DNA of 63,271 nucleotides, filler included. It is 4 parts of 4 records of this genome, joined end to end, with 100 filler letters (N's around TTAATTAATTAA, not from the genome) between each part and the next. Parts side by side here need not be neighbours in the genome. Positions count along the whole stretch, not along the records: positions 1 to 14,411 come from SRR22947727_814; 3 more parts are not named here. One strand, given 5' to 3'. The position numbers and the translations under genes are program-made. This document shows, piece by piece, positions 1 through 9,642 of the stretch (the first letter of the stretch is position 1; each line of letters begins with the position of its first letter). Under the pieces are notes generated by a model. That model was not told where the DNA came from. It worked only from the letters and a program-made list of their open reading frames with translations, and made no database searches.

Positions 1-1333
1 TATTTGCGACAGAATTATAAAATGTTAAAATTTGTAATGGTGATAACAGTACTCCATAGCCATAAGCCATCCAAGGCAGAGATAAACCATTCCAGTTTTT
101 ATCATTTGGATGCGGAATTCTAGGGCTAGATTCTCCTAAAATTGAAAGTCCTAACTTATTATTTAATCCCATATTAAAAAGTCTGTCAGAAAATTTATGT
201 GGTTCATTTCCATAAGATTCGCTAATAATCTTTACAATTCCTGTATTAGATGAAAATTTGAAAGCATCGTTAACAGAAATTTTTCCATATCCTCCTGGTT
301 TAGAATCTCTTACTTTATTACCATAAAAAGAAAGGACTCCTTTCTCTGTATCTATTATTGTATTTGGCTCGACTTTATCATCTTCAAATGCAGCGATTAC
401 TGACATTAATTTAAAAGTAGAACCAGGCTCAAAGTGTTCTCCCACAGCGTAGTTTAACTTTTCATAATATTTTCCCTCTGAGGTCCTTCCTAAATTTGAA
501 ATTGCTTTGATTTCACCTGTGTTAGTTTCCATTACCACCGCAGTACCGTGGTCAGCTTCAAAATCTTCCAATTGCTTTAATAAAGAGTGATGTGTAATAT
601 CTTGGAATCCAACATTAATTGTTGAAATAATATCATTTCCTGGAATTGGCTCGATTTTATTACTTGAGGAAATTGGTTTCCATTTACCATTAGAAATTTT
701 TTGCATTAATTGTAAGCCATTTTTGCCTCTTAATTTTGAACCAAAAGCGTGTTCAAGTCCTACTCCACTAAAATTGTCATCTTGAGAAATCCTCTCATAT
801 CCAATAGTTCTTTCTGCAATCTTGTTTAACGGATAATCTCTAGAATTCTTTTTTTCAATAATCAAACCACCTCTAACACCACCCATTTTAAAAAGTGGCA
901 TTTGTCTTATTTTATTTAAATTTTCTATTGAAACTCCTCGATTGATTAGATGATATCTTTTGTTATTATTTTTAGCAAAAATTAGTCTATCAAGAAAAGT
1001 TTTTTCTGATTTATTAAAAGTTTTTGAAAGTTCTTTTGAAAGTTCTTTTGAATATTTTGAAAAATTCGCATCTGAGACAGTTACAGCATCAAAATATATA
1101 TCAAAACTGATTGTTGAAGCTGCTAACAAACTACCATCATCAGAAAATATATTGCCTCTTTCAGGTGAAATCGTAAAATTTTGTAAAGTATTATTTTTAG
1201 CTATTTTCCTGTAATCATTTCCATCAACATATTGAATATGAAAAATTTTATAACCTATTCCTAAACCCAAAAACACCAATACACCAGCGACTAGATAAAG
1301 CCTGTATAAAAATTGTTTTTGATTAGTTTCCAT
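1..1333 (-). CDS. ftsI: Cell division transpeptidase FtsI/PBP3 (3' end outside the window)
   Basis: Not in the ORF track; translated by hand from ATG at 1333 (METNQKQFLYRLYLVAG..., TM helix). Contains PERGNI and the EPGSTFK SxxK motif. Follows mraZ-rsmH-ftsL. Confidence 0.93.
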   Translation of the reverse strand, partial: METNQKQFLYRLYLVAGVLVFLGLGIGYKIFHIQYVDGNDYRKIAKNNTLQNFTISPERGNIFSDDGSLLAASTISFDIYFDAVTVSDANFSKYSKELSKELSKTFNKSEKTFLDRLIFAKNNNKRYHLINRGVSIENLNKIRQMPLFKMGGVRGGLIIEKKNSRDYPLNKIAERTIGYERISQDDNFSGVGLEHAFGSKLRGKNGLQLMQKISNGKWKPISSSNKIEPIPGNDIISTINVGFQDITHHSLLKQLEDFEADHGTAVVMETNTGEIKAISNLGRTSEGKYYEKLNYAVGEHFEPGSTFKLMSVIAAFEDDKVEPNTIIDTEKGVLSFYGNKVRDSKPGGYGKISVNDAFKFSSNTGIVKIISESYGNEPHKFSDRLFNMGLNNKLGLSILGESSPRIPHPNDKNWNGLSLPWMAYGYGVLLSPLQILTFYNSVAN

Positions 1334-1641
1334 TATTCAATAATTATTTTTTTTGGTGGAGTAGTAGAACTCTTAATGTTTCTGTCATCCATTACAAGTG
1401 AAACATTAGATTCCATTTTTAATATCATTACTTCTTTTCTTTTATTTATGAACTTACTTTGAAGTACTGAAATTTCATTTTTCAAATCTCCAATTTTTAT
1501 GATCTTGCTATCAACTGAATGAGAGGAGTATATCATAATTAAACAAATAGTAAACAAAAAAAAGACATAACCCCAGTTTTTAATTGATCCTTCATTAATT
1601 AAAAACTTGCCTAGTATTATTTTTTTTAAACTATCTCTCAT
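1333..1641 (-). CDS. ftsL: FtsL-like cell division protein
   Basis: 102 aa, one TM helix plus coiled coil, between rsmH and ftsI. Confidence 0.85.
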   Translation of the reverse strand: MRDSLKKIILGKFLINEGSIKNWGYVFFLFTICLIMIYSSHSVDSKIIKIGDLKNEISVLQSKFINKRKEVMILKMESNVSLVMDDRNIKSSTTPPKKIIIE

Positions 1642-2531
1642 ATTTTTATTGCAGATCTTAATTTTGCACTTCTAGCTCTATTGTTTGATTTAACTTCTTT
1701 TAATGATGGTGCAATGAATTTAAATGTTTTTTTGAATGGAATTTCAGAAACTCCAAATTCGTTTTTAGATGGCTCAGAATTAAAACAACCATTTTGAATA
1801 AATCTTTTAACAATTCTATCTTCAATAGAATGATAAGTTATAAACGAAATTGTTCCTCCTTTTTTAACTAAACTAGGAAGCTGTAATAAAACTTCTTTTA
1901 GTGCTTCTATTTCCTGATTAACCTCAATACGTAAAGCTTGATAAACTTTAGCAAGAATTTTATTTTCAAATCCTTTTGGAAGAAAAGAACTTAGTATTTC
2001 ATTTAACTGACTGGTTCTTTTAATTTTTCCTAAAGATCTTGCATCAACTATAGTTTTAGCAATATCTTTTGAATTTCTTAAATCTGCATATTCAAAAAAA
2101 ATATTTGAAAGTTGATTTTCCGAATATTCATTTAAAATCTCTTTAGCATCAAATGAAGAATTAGTATTCATTCTCATATCTATTTCAGAATCGAACCTTA
2201 TAGAAAAACCTCTTTTAGTACTATCAAATTGATGAGAAGAAACTCCTAAATCTGCAAATACTCCATCAACGTTTAATATGTTATTGTATTTCAAATTTTG
2301 TTTTAAAAATTTAAAATTTTGATTAATTAAAATAAATCTCGAATCATCTATTTTATTTTCGATTGCATCAATATCTTGGTCAAATGCTATCAATTTTCCC
2401 TTACTACTTAAATTGTTTAATATTAATTTAGAATGACCTCCTCCTCCAAAAGTTAAATCAACATAAACACCATTACTTAAAATATTTAAACTATCAATTG
2501 ATTCTACTGGCATTACCGGACTATGATACAT
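1638..2531 (-). CDS. rsmH: 16S rRNA m4C1402 methyltransferase RsmH
   Basis: YHSPVM, DLTFGGGGHS, DLGVSSHQ, ITYHSIEDRIVK and NNRARSAKLR motifs. Confidence 0.97.
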   Translation of the reverse strand: MYHSPVMPVESIDSLNILSNGVYVDLTFGGGGHSKLILNNLSSKGKLIAFDQDIDAIENKIDDSRFILINQNFKFLKQNLKYNNILNVDGVFADLGVSSHQFDSTKRGFSIRFDSEIDMRMNTNSSFDAKEILNEYSENQLSNIFFEYADLRNSKDIAKTIVDARSLGKIKRTSQLNEILSSFLPKGFENKILAKVYQALRIEVNQEIEALKEVLLQLPSLVKKGGTISFITYHSIEDRIVKRFIQNGCFNSEPSKNEFGVSEIPFKKTFKFIAPSLKEVKSNNRARSAKLRSAIKI

Positions 2532-2985
2532 CGTTAGACTGATTACCCATTACACTTTCAGATAAATCTGCGAAATTTAAATTTGGATCATTAATAACTT
2601 CCTCATAAGAATGTTTGTTCCAAACTTCAATGATGTTGATAGCTGATGTTAGTACTATCTCGTTATTTAAAAAATATAATTTTGACAAATCTCTTGGAAT
2701 TAATAATCTTCCGCTATTATCTAAATCAATAATTCTGACACCTGCATTATATCTTCTTATGAAATCATTATTTTTTTTTACGAACCTATTGAGTTTGTTA
2801 AGTTTCTCCATCGTAATTTTCCATTCACTAAAAGGATGAATTTCTAAACAATTTTGAAATACAGATCTCTTAACAATAAAACTTTCATTTAAGTGTGTGC
2901 CTAATTGCTTTTTTAAATTGACAGGGAGCATGAAACGTCCCTTGACATCGATTTTACATTCGTAAGTTCCAATCAGGTTAATCAC
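2521..2985 (-). CDS. mraZ: Division/cell wall cluster repressor MraZ
   Basis: DVKGRF and DNSGRLLIP motifs; first gene of the dcw cluster. Confidence 0.96.
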   Translation of the reverse strand: MINLIGTYECKIDVKGRFMLPVNLKKQLGTHLNESFIVKRSVFQNCLEIHPFSEWKITMEKLNKLNRFVKKNNDFIRRYNAGVRIIDLDNSGRLLIPRDLSKLYFLNNEIVLTSAINIIEVWNKHSYEEVINDPNLNFADLSESVMGNQSNDVS

Positions 2986-3003
2986 TTTAATTTTGGTTTA
3001 ACT

Positions 3004-3046
3004 CAAATATATCGAAATTTTACCACATTTTACCACATTTTACCAC
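3004..3046 (-). promoter_or_regulatory. dcw promoter: Bacteroidetes -7 box plus three MraZ boxes
   Basis: TATATTTG (TAnnTTTG) on the minus strand at 3004-3011. Three exact 10-bp repeats ATTTTACCAC (GTGGTAAAAT on minus) at 3017-3046, matching the GTGG 10-bp periodicity of MraZ operators. Confidence 0.85.
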
Positions 3047-3210
3047 TTTGTTAATAATTTTCAATCAAACCACAAAACATGCAATTAAATAATTGATTTA
3101 CAGTTATTTAAATTTGTTAAGAAGTGGGTTAATAAAAAACAAAAGTTGAAATTATTCTTATTGTAAATAACTATATTTGCTTAGAAAACATGTATTATTT
3201 ATTATAAAAA

Positions 3211-3978
3211 ATGAATAGCCTTACACATATTGAAAACAGTGGTTTTAAATACACTGTTGGAGGACAAGGAAACCCTATTATTGTATTACATGGACTTATG
3301 GGGGGGCTTGGCAACTTTAAAGAGTTTTTAGAAAGGTTCCAAAATTTAGACTATCAAGTTTTTATGCCTGAATTACCTATTTATTCTGCTTCACTTCTTA
3401 ATACAAATGTTAAATATTTTGCAAAATATATTAATAATTTTATCAAGAAGTTAAAGCTGAAAAAAGTAATTCTAGTTGGAAATTCATTAGGCGGACATGT
3501 AGCATTAGTGCATGCAAAATTATTTCCCTCAGATACAAAAGCCTTAATTTTAACAGGTAGCTCTGGATTATATGAAAATGCAATGGGTGACACATATCCA
3601 AGAAGAGGCGATTATGAATTTATAAAAACTAAAACTCAAAATGTTTTTTATTCACCTGAAATAGCAACCAAAGAAGTAGTTGACGAAATATTTGAAGCGG
3701 TTAATGACAGAAGGAAGGTTTTAAAAATTTTAGCAGTTGCAAAAAGTGCGATAAGACACAATATGGCTAAAGATCTGCCAAACATTAATATACCTACAGC
3801 ACTTATTTGGGGTGAAAATGACGAAGTTACACCTCCAGATGTAGCTAATGAATTTGACAAATTATTGCCAAATTCTAAATTATTTTGGTTTGAAAAATGT
3901 GGTCATGCCCCAATGATGGAACACCCAGATAAATTTAATTCGACCGTTCACAATTGGCTCATAGATAAAAAACTATGA
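3211..3978 (+). CDS. Alpha/beta-fold hydrolase
   Basis: HGLMGG, GNSLGG nucleophile elbow, CGHAPM; TATATTTG promoter at 3172-3179. Confidence 0.9.
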   Translation: MNSLTHIENSGFKYTVGGQGNPIIVLHGLMGGLGNFKEFLERFQNLDYQVFMPELPIYSASLLNTNVKYFAKYINNFIKKLKLKKVILVGNSLGGHVALVHAKLFPSDTKALILTGSSGLYENAMGDTYPRRGDYEFIKTKTQNVFYSPEIATKEVVDEIFEAVNDRRKVLKILAVAKSAIRHNMAKDLPNINIPTALIWGENDEVTPPDVANEFDKLLPNSKLFWFEKCGHAPMMEHPDKFNSTVHNWLIDKKL

Positions 3979-3981
3979 TAA

Positions 3982-4584
3982 ATGAAAATAACGTCATCTA
4001 GTTTTGTAAAAAGTAGTTCAAAATCGAAAGACTGTCCAGATCAGAAATTTTATGAATATGCATTTATAGGAAGATCTAATGTTGGAAAATCTTCACTAAT
4101 AAACGCGTTAACAAACAGTAAAAAATTAGCTAAAATTTCTGGAACGCCTGGAAAAACTCTCCTAATCAATCATTTTTTAATTAACGAAAAATGGTTTTTG
4201 GTAGATTTACCTGGTTACGGTTTTGCTAGGAAATCAAAAAAAGAAAAAAAAATAATTGAAGAGATAATAACAGATTACTTTTTGAATAGAAACAATATCA
4301 ACTTAACATTTGTACTTATAGATCTTAGACTAAAGCCTCAAAAAATTGATTTAGAATTCATGCTGTGGCTAAACCAAAACAATCTTCAATTCAAAATAAT
4401 TTTTACAAAAGCAGATAAACTAAATAAAAAAGAATTTATTGAAAATCCTGATAATTATCTCAAAATTTTATACAATGAAATAGGTATTCATCCCGAGCAC
4501 TTTGTAAGCTCTTCAAAATCAAAATTAGGGCGAGAAAAGATCTTGCACAACATCTCTCTGCAAATGAATTCTAAGAGAGCTTAA
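3982..4584 (+). CDS. engB: Ribosome biogenesis GTPase YihA/EngB
   Basis: GRSNVGKSS, DLPGYG, TKAD motifs. Confidence 0.96.
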   Translation: MKITSSSFVKSSSKSKDCPDQKFYEYAFIGRSNVGKSSLINALTNSKKLAKISGTPGKTLLINHFLINEKWFLVDLPGYGFARKSKKEKKIIEEIITDYFLNRNNINLTFVLIDLRLKPQKIDLEFMLWLNQNNLQFKIIFTKADKLNKKEFIENPDNYLKILYNEIGIHPEHFVSSSKSKLGREKILHNISLQMNSKRA

Positions 4585-4900
4585 TATTTAAATTGTCAGC
4601 AAAATAATCACAAAATTGTTTAAAAGAATCTGTCATTTTTTCATTATTTGTTGATCTAAAATATGTGTCACTCATACTAACTAATGTCTGATGAAAAAAA
4701 ACGTTCATTTGATCTATCGGCATATCTTTTGTCCACAAATCTATCTTTAAAGTTTCTTGAGGTTTATGATCCCAAACTGACAAAAACACGGCTTTAGATT
4801 CTTTGTTAGCAATACCTCCGTCAGTTGCTGACCAATCTATTTTTTCAGGAATTTGATTTTCATCTAATTCTATATTAAAGGTAATTTGAGTTTTTTTCAT
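4571..4900 (-). CDS. gldC: Gliding motility protein GldC
   Basis: IDLWTKDMP..MNVFFHQTL signature; directly downstream of gldB. Confidence 0.92.
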   Translation of the reverse strand: MKKTQITFNIELDENQIPEKIDWSATDGGIANKESKAVFLSVWDHKPQETLKIDLWTKDMPIDQMNVFFHQTLVSMSDTYFRSTNNEKMTDSFKQFCDYFADNLNIKLS

Positions 4901-5832
4901 TATTTAAATGGTTTATATTTTGAATTTTTAAAGATAGTATAATGATCTAAATCTATTAAATCATTTAGACTTACTTTGTTATTTTTCATATAAGAATCTA
5001 CTATTTTATAACCTAACCAACGCCCTATGCCACCAGGTGATTCTTTATCAATATCAAGATTGAATTTTGAATAAGGAGATAATGAAATAAATCTAGATCT
5101 CAAGTCAATATTAGTATTAAAAAAATATTCGTTTTCAACAAAATAAGACCAAATTTCAAATTCATTATCAATAGTCCATTTCATTTTTTTTTGATTTGTA
5201 TTAAATATGACCCAATCTTCATCTTCCTTGTTAAGTAGTTTATTTATATAAAGAATTTTTCCAAAATGAATCATATTAGAAATTAAAGTTCTATCATCTT
5301 TACTTTGAACAAATCTTTCTGAAATCTTAAACGCAATGTCATTAGGTATGAATAATTTATTCATATTAAAGGAAAGATAATTTGGAATATTTGTATAATA
5401 ATTTGATCCAAAATACAAGTTCAATGAAATAAATAAATAAGGTCCACTATAAATTATTCGTTCGTTAAAATCGCTTTTGGAAATAAGTGTAATTAAAGTA
5501 GGGGTTTTGAAGTTATCTAAAATATTATTAGCGTTATGGAAAATTGATTGAACTCGATTAGAATTAAAATTATAATCTTTAAATTCAATTAAAGAATAAT
5601 TATAAAGATCATTTTCAATCGAATCATTAATTTTGTTAATCCAAGTTGTTTTAGAAAACTGATCAGGAAATAGAAATGGATATTCATCAATTAAATCATC
5701 TAGTTCTTTTTCGTCTGAATTATAAAATTCTTTCTCAAATCTTACTATTTCTACATCATTATAAATAACATGATCACACCCGATTGAAAAAAAAACAATA
5801 AAAATAACTGTGTATATCTTATTATAATCCAT
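4900..5832 (-). CDS. gldB: Gliding motility lipoprotein GldB (likely start ATG 5832)
   Basis: Lipobox FSIGC; ESPGGIGRWLGYKIV..YM; C-terminal SKYKP. Confidence 0.88.
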   Translation of the reverse strand: MDYNKIYTVIFIVFFSIGCDHVIYNDVEIVRFEKEFYNSDEKELDDLIDEYPFLFPDQFSKTTWINKINDSIENDLYNYSLIEFKDYNFNSNRVQSIFHNANNILDNFKTPTLITLISKSDFNERIIYSGPYLFISLNLYFGSNYYTNIPNYLSFNMNKLFIPNDIAFKISERFVQSKDDRTLISNMIHFGKILYINKLLNKEDEDWVIFNTNQKKMKWTIDNEFEIWSYFVENEYFFNTNIDLRSRFISLSPYSKFNLDIDKESPGGIGRWLGYKIVDSYMKNNKVSLNDLIDLDHYTIFKNSKYKPFK

Positions 5833-5889
5833 TAATTTTGTCGTGTATAATTTTATCAAATTTAACACAAAGTCAATAAATATATATAA

Positions 5890-6675
5890 ATGAAATATGA
5901 TATAATTGCAAGTAATATAATTCAATGGCTAAAATCTTATTCAAAAAAATCTAAAACTAATGGTTTTGTTATTGGAATTTCTGGAGGAATTGATTCAGCC
6001 TTAACATCAACTCTTTGTGCTAGTACTGGTCTTCCAACTATATGTGTAGATATGCCAATTATGCAGAATCAAAATGAAGTAAACAGGGCTTCAAATCATA
6101 TAAAATGGCTTCAAAAAAGATTCAATAATGTTATTCATAAATCTATTGATCTTAATAATACTTTCAGTTCATTTAAAAATACTGTAGAACAAAAAAATAA
6201 TGAAAATAATTTTTTATCATTAGCGAATTCAAGGTCTAGGCTTAGAATGACTACATTATATTATTTTGCTGGTATAAATAACCATTTAGTTGCAGGTACT
6301 GGAAATAAAGTTGAGGATTTTGGAATTGGTTTTTATACAAAATATGGAGATGGAGGAGTAGATATAAGCCCAATTGCAGATTTAAACAAAACGGATGTTT
6401 TTGAAATTTCCAAATCACTTGAAGTAATAAATGAGATTATTAATGCTAAACCAACAGATGGCTTGTGGGATGACGGGAGAACTGATGAAGATCAAATAGG
6501 AGCAACCTACAAAGAACTTGAATGGGCTATGCAACAAAAAGATTTAAATAAAGAATTAATTGATTTTAAAGGTAGAGAAAAAGAAGTTTTTCAAATTTTG
6601 AAAAAATTTAATGAACAGAATCTACATAAAATGATTCCCATACCAATTTACAAAGTTCCAGAAGACCTTAAATGA
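5890..6675 (+). CDS. nadE: NH3-dependent NAD+ synthetase
   Basis: GISGGIDS, GFYTKYGDGG, PTDGLW, TDEDQIG. Confidence 0.96.
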   Translation: MKYDIIASNIIQWLKSYSKKSKTNGFVIGISGGIDSALTSTLCASTGLPTICVDMPIMQNQNEVNRASNHIKWLQKRFNNVIHKSIDLNNTFSSFKNTVEQKNNENNFLSLANSRSRLRMTTLYYFAGINNHLVAGTGNKVEDFGIGFYTKYGDGGVDISPIADLNKTDVFEISKSLEVINEIINAKPTDGLWDDGRTDEDQIGATYKELEWAMQQKDLNKELIDFKGREKEVFQILKKFNEQNLHKMIPIPIYKVPEDLK

Positions 6676-8610
6676 TTATAAAACTCTATTAAGTTTTTTT
6701 GACAATAGTTTTTTTAATTTGTGATATTCTCCAATCTCCTCCAATATTTTATCGTTTTCTAAATTATTTTTAGTTTCTTCTTTTAATTCTTCAACTTTTT
6801 TATTTATTAAAAAAGTTCTTAACGTAAGAATAGTTTCAGAAACCAATTGACTTATGACTGTGTCTTTATGTTTAACAAATATATCTTTACTTAGCCAATC
6901 ATGAAGCTCATATTGATCTTCGTTCATTAAAATTCCAGTAACATGATTTGCTAAATCTTGATCTAAACTATTTAAAAAAACTTCCAAAATCAACTTTTGA
7001 TTTTTCTGAAAATCACTAATAATTTTTTCGTAAATAATTTTAAAAGATTCGTTTGTGAATTCAATTTCATCTTGTTGTAAATCCAGAAAAATTTTTTCAT
7101 AAACTAATGAATTTACAATCGTAGGTTCTAAAATGACATTACCATCTTCATCATTTTTCAAGATCAATTCTTCAAAATTTTCTTGCTTTCCTCCGTACAA
7201 TAAGAGTATTTCAATAATTTTTTTTTCTAACTCAAACAGTAAATTGACATCTTTATTTTTTGATGTTTTCTGAACTTTAGAAATTCTTTTTTTAGAAATT
7301 GAATGAATTTCATTTTTTGTTTTCTGAGCTAATGAATTAAACAAAACCTCCTCAGAAATATCCATAATGGATGAACAATGCTTTACATATATTTCTTGCT
7401 TAATTCTATCTGGAATAATTGAAATACTATTTATAATTTCATTAATAGTATTTGCTTTAGAAATAGGATCGTTTTTTGAGTTTTGAGCTAAGATTGATGC
7501 TTTAAATTGTATGAAATCTTTTGAATTATTTTTTAAATAATCATCAATTTCTTCAAAAGACTTATCTTGACTGTAACTATCAGGATCCTCACCATTTGGA
7601 AAAGAGCAGACATTAACATTTAAACCTGCTGTTAAAATAATATCAATTCCTCTTAATGTTGCATTAACGCCTGCTTTATCACCATCAAAAAGCATAGTTA
7701 CATTTGATGTCAATCTTCTAATCAATGTAATTTGATCTAAAGTAAGTGCAGTTCCTGATGAAGAAACGACATTTTTAATTCCTTTTTGATGCAACTGAAT
7801 AACATCGGTATAACCCTCAACAATAAAACAATTATCAAGCTTTGCAATATCCTGTTTTGCATAAAATATACCGTATAAAATTTTACTTTTATTATATATT
7901 AGACTTTCAGGTGAATTTAAATATTTTGCTATTTTAAGTTGATTGTTTAGGATTCTTCCACCAAAACCAAGTATCCTGCCAGACATGCTATGAATTGGAA
8001 ATATCACTCTTCCTCTAAATCTATCAATTGATTTTTCGTTTTGAAAAATTGATAATCCAGATTTTTCCAAAAAAACTGGATCATAACCATTTGCAATTGC
8101 CTCTTTTGAGAAATAATTTAATTTGTCTGGTAAATATCCTAAATCATACTTTTTTATAGTTTCATCACTAAATCCTCTTTCTTTAAAATATGAAAAGCCA
8201 ATAGTTTTACCTTCCTTAGAATTTAACAAGGTATCACTAAAGAAAACTTTAGCATACTCTGAAACTATAAATAAACTTTCTTTTTCAGAAGCTTTTTCCT
8301 TATCTAAAGAACTTATTTGAGTTTCTTCTATTTCAATATTATATTTTCTAGCTAGATATTTTATAGCTTCAGGATAAGTAAAGTGTTCATGCTCCATTAA
8401 AAATGCAACCGCATTCCCCCCCTTTCCACTACTAAAATCTTTCCAAATTTGTTTAACAGGTGACACAACAAAACTTGGTGTTTTTTCATTAGAAAAAGGA
8501 CTTAATCCTTTATAGTTTGAACCCGATTTTTTTAATTGAACGAATTCACCAACAACCTCTTCAACCAAAGATTGTTCAAAAACTTTATCTATTGTGCTTT
8601 TAGAAATCAA
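6676..8610 (-). CDS. dnaG: DNA primase
   Basis: DRFRGRVIFPI, KYLNSPE, VEGYTDV, FDGDKAG (TOPRIM), EDPD. Confidence 0.97.
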   Translation of the reverse strand: MISKSTIDKVFEQSLVEEVVGEFVQLKKSGSNYKGLSPFSNEKTPSFVVSPVKQIWKDFSSGKGGNAVAFLMEHEHFTYPEAIKYLARKYNIEIEETQISSLDKEKASEKESLFIVSEYAKVFFSDTLLNSKEGKTIGFSYFKERGFSDETIKKYDLGYLPDKLNYFSKEAIANGYDPVFLEKSGLSIFQNEKSIDRFRGRVIFPIHSMSGRILGFGGRILNNQLKIAKYLNSPESLIYNKSKILYGIFYAKQDIAKLDNCFIVEGYTDVIQLHQKGIKNVVSSSGTALTLDQITLIRRLTSNVTMLFDGDKAGVNATLRGIDIILTAGLNVNVCSFPNGEDPDSYSQDKSFEEIDDYLKNNSKDFIQFKASILAQNSKNDPISKANTINEIINSISIIPDRIKQEIYVKHCSSIMDISEEVLFNSLAQKTKNEIHSISKKRISKVQKTSKNKDVNLLFELEKKIIEILLLYGGKQENFEELILKNDEDGNVILEPTIVNSLVYEKIFLDLQQDEIEFTNESFKIIYEKIISDFQKNQKLILEVFLNSLDQDLANHVTGILMNEDQYELHDWLSKDIFVKHKDTVISQLVSETILTLRTFLINKKVEELKEETKNNLENDKILEEIGEYHKLKKLLSKKLNRVL

Positions 8611-8657
8611 TTTTTTTATAAAGTATTAATTTAAACAAAAAAAATTATTTAAATAAA

Positions 8658-9632
8658 CTAGTAATTTCTTTCAATTACATATTTAATTAATTTTTTTAAG
8701 CTTTCTTTAAATTCGTTATCCTCAAAATTTTTTAAGTCTTCAATTGCAGAGTGATAAAACTCATTAATTTTTTTTTGAGTATAATCAATCCCTCCAATTT
8801 CAGTAACATAATTTATAATATCTTTTATAACGTCATCACTACTGTTTTTAACAGAATTAATTAGCCATTTTTTTTTAGAATTTGAAGAATTATTTAAAGC
8901 ATATATAAGAGGAAGAGTTAATTTTTTTTCTTTAATATCAATTCCTGTTGGCTTCCCTATTTTTCTTTTACCATAGTCAAACAAATCATCTTTTAATTGA
9001 AAAGCGATACCGATTTTCTCGCCTAATTTATAAAATTTATTAATTTGAGTTTTGGAGGAATTTGAAGCAGAAGCGCCAAGTGCACAGCAAGAAGCTATTA
9101 AAGATGCTGTTTTTTTTGTAATTATATTAAAATAAGTTTTTTCATCAATATCTAATCTTCTTGCTTTTTCTATTTGCAAAAGCTCTCCTTGACTCATATC
9201 TTTTACAGATTTAGAAATTATTTTGAGTAAATCAAAATCATCATTATCAATACAAAGCAACATACCTTTTGACAATAAAAAATCTCCTACTAAAACAGCA
9301 ATTTTATTTTTCCATAAAGCATTTAAAGAGAAAAAACCTCTTCTTTTATCACTAGAATCAACTACATCATCATGAATTAATGTTGCAGTATGAATTAATT
9401 CAATTATAGAAGCTGCTCGATAAACTCTTTCATTAATAATTCCGCTATCTGACATCATTTTAGCAGTTAAAAACACAAACATGGGCCTCATTTGCTTGCC
9501 TTTTCTTTTAACTACATAATGAGTGATTCTGTTGAGTAAAGGGACATCAGAAATCATAGAATTGGAAAATTTATCCTCGAAAAGATCCATTTCTTTTTTG
9601 ATAGGCAATTTAATTTTATCTAAAATTTTCAT
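8658..9632 (-). CDS. Polyprenyl diphosphate synthase (IspB-like)
   Basis: GKQMRP, HDDVVD..RRG, FQLKDDLFD. Confidence 0.93.
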   Translation of the reverse strand: MKILDKIKLPIKKEMDLFEDKFSNSMISDVPLLNRITHYVVKRKGKQMRPMFVFLTAKMMSDSGIINERVYRAASIIELIHTATLIHDDVVDSSDKRRGFFSLNALWKNKIAVLVGDFLLSKGMLLCIDNDDFDLLKIISKSVKDMSQGELLQIEKARRLDIDEKTYFNIITKKTASLIASCCALGASASNSSKTQINKFYKLGEKIGIAFQLKDDLFDYGKRKIGKPTGIDIKEKKLTLPLIYALNNSSNSKKKWLINSVKNSSDDVIKDIINYVTEIGGIDYTQKKINEFYHSAIEDLKNFEDNEFKESLKKLIKYVIERNY

Positions 9633-9642
9633 GTCAATACTA

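Noticed and set aside
1022-1052. 12-bp tandem repeat in ftsI (SKEL-SKEL), reminiscent of resistance-linked PBP3 insertions
   Set aside because: It lies in the N-terminal non-catalytic region of AT-rich DNA and appears not to lengthen the helix relative to recalled homologues; alignment not run.
3017-3046. Triple 10-bp repeat as a mini-CRISPR or iteron
   Set aside because: No spacers; explained by MraZ operator boxes.
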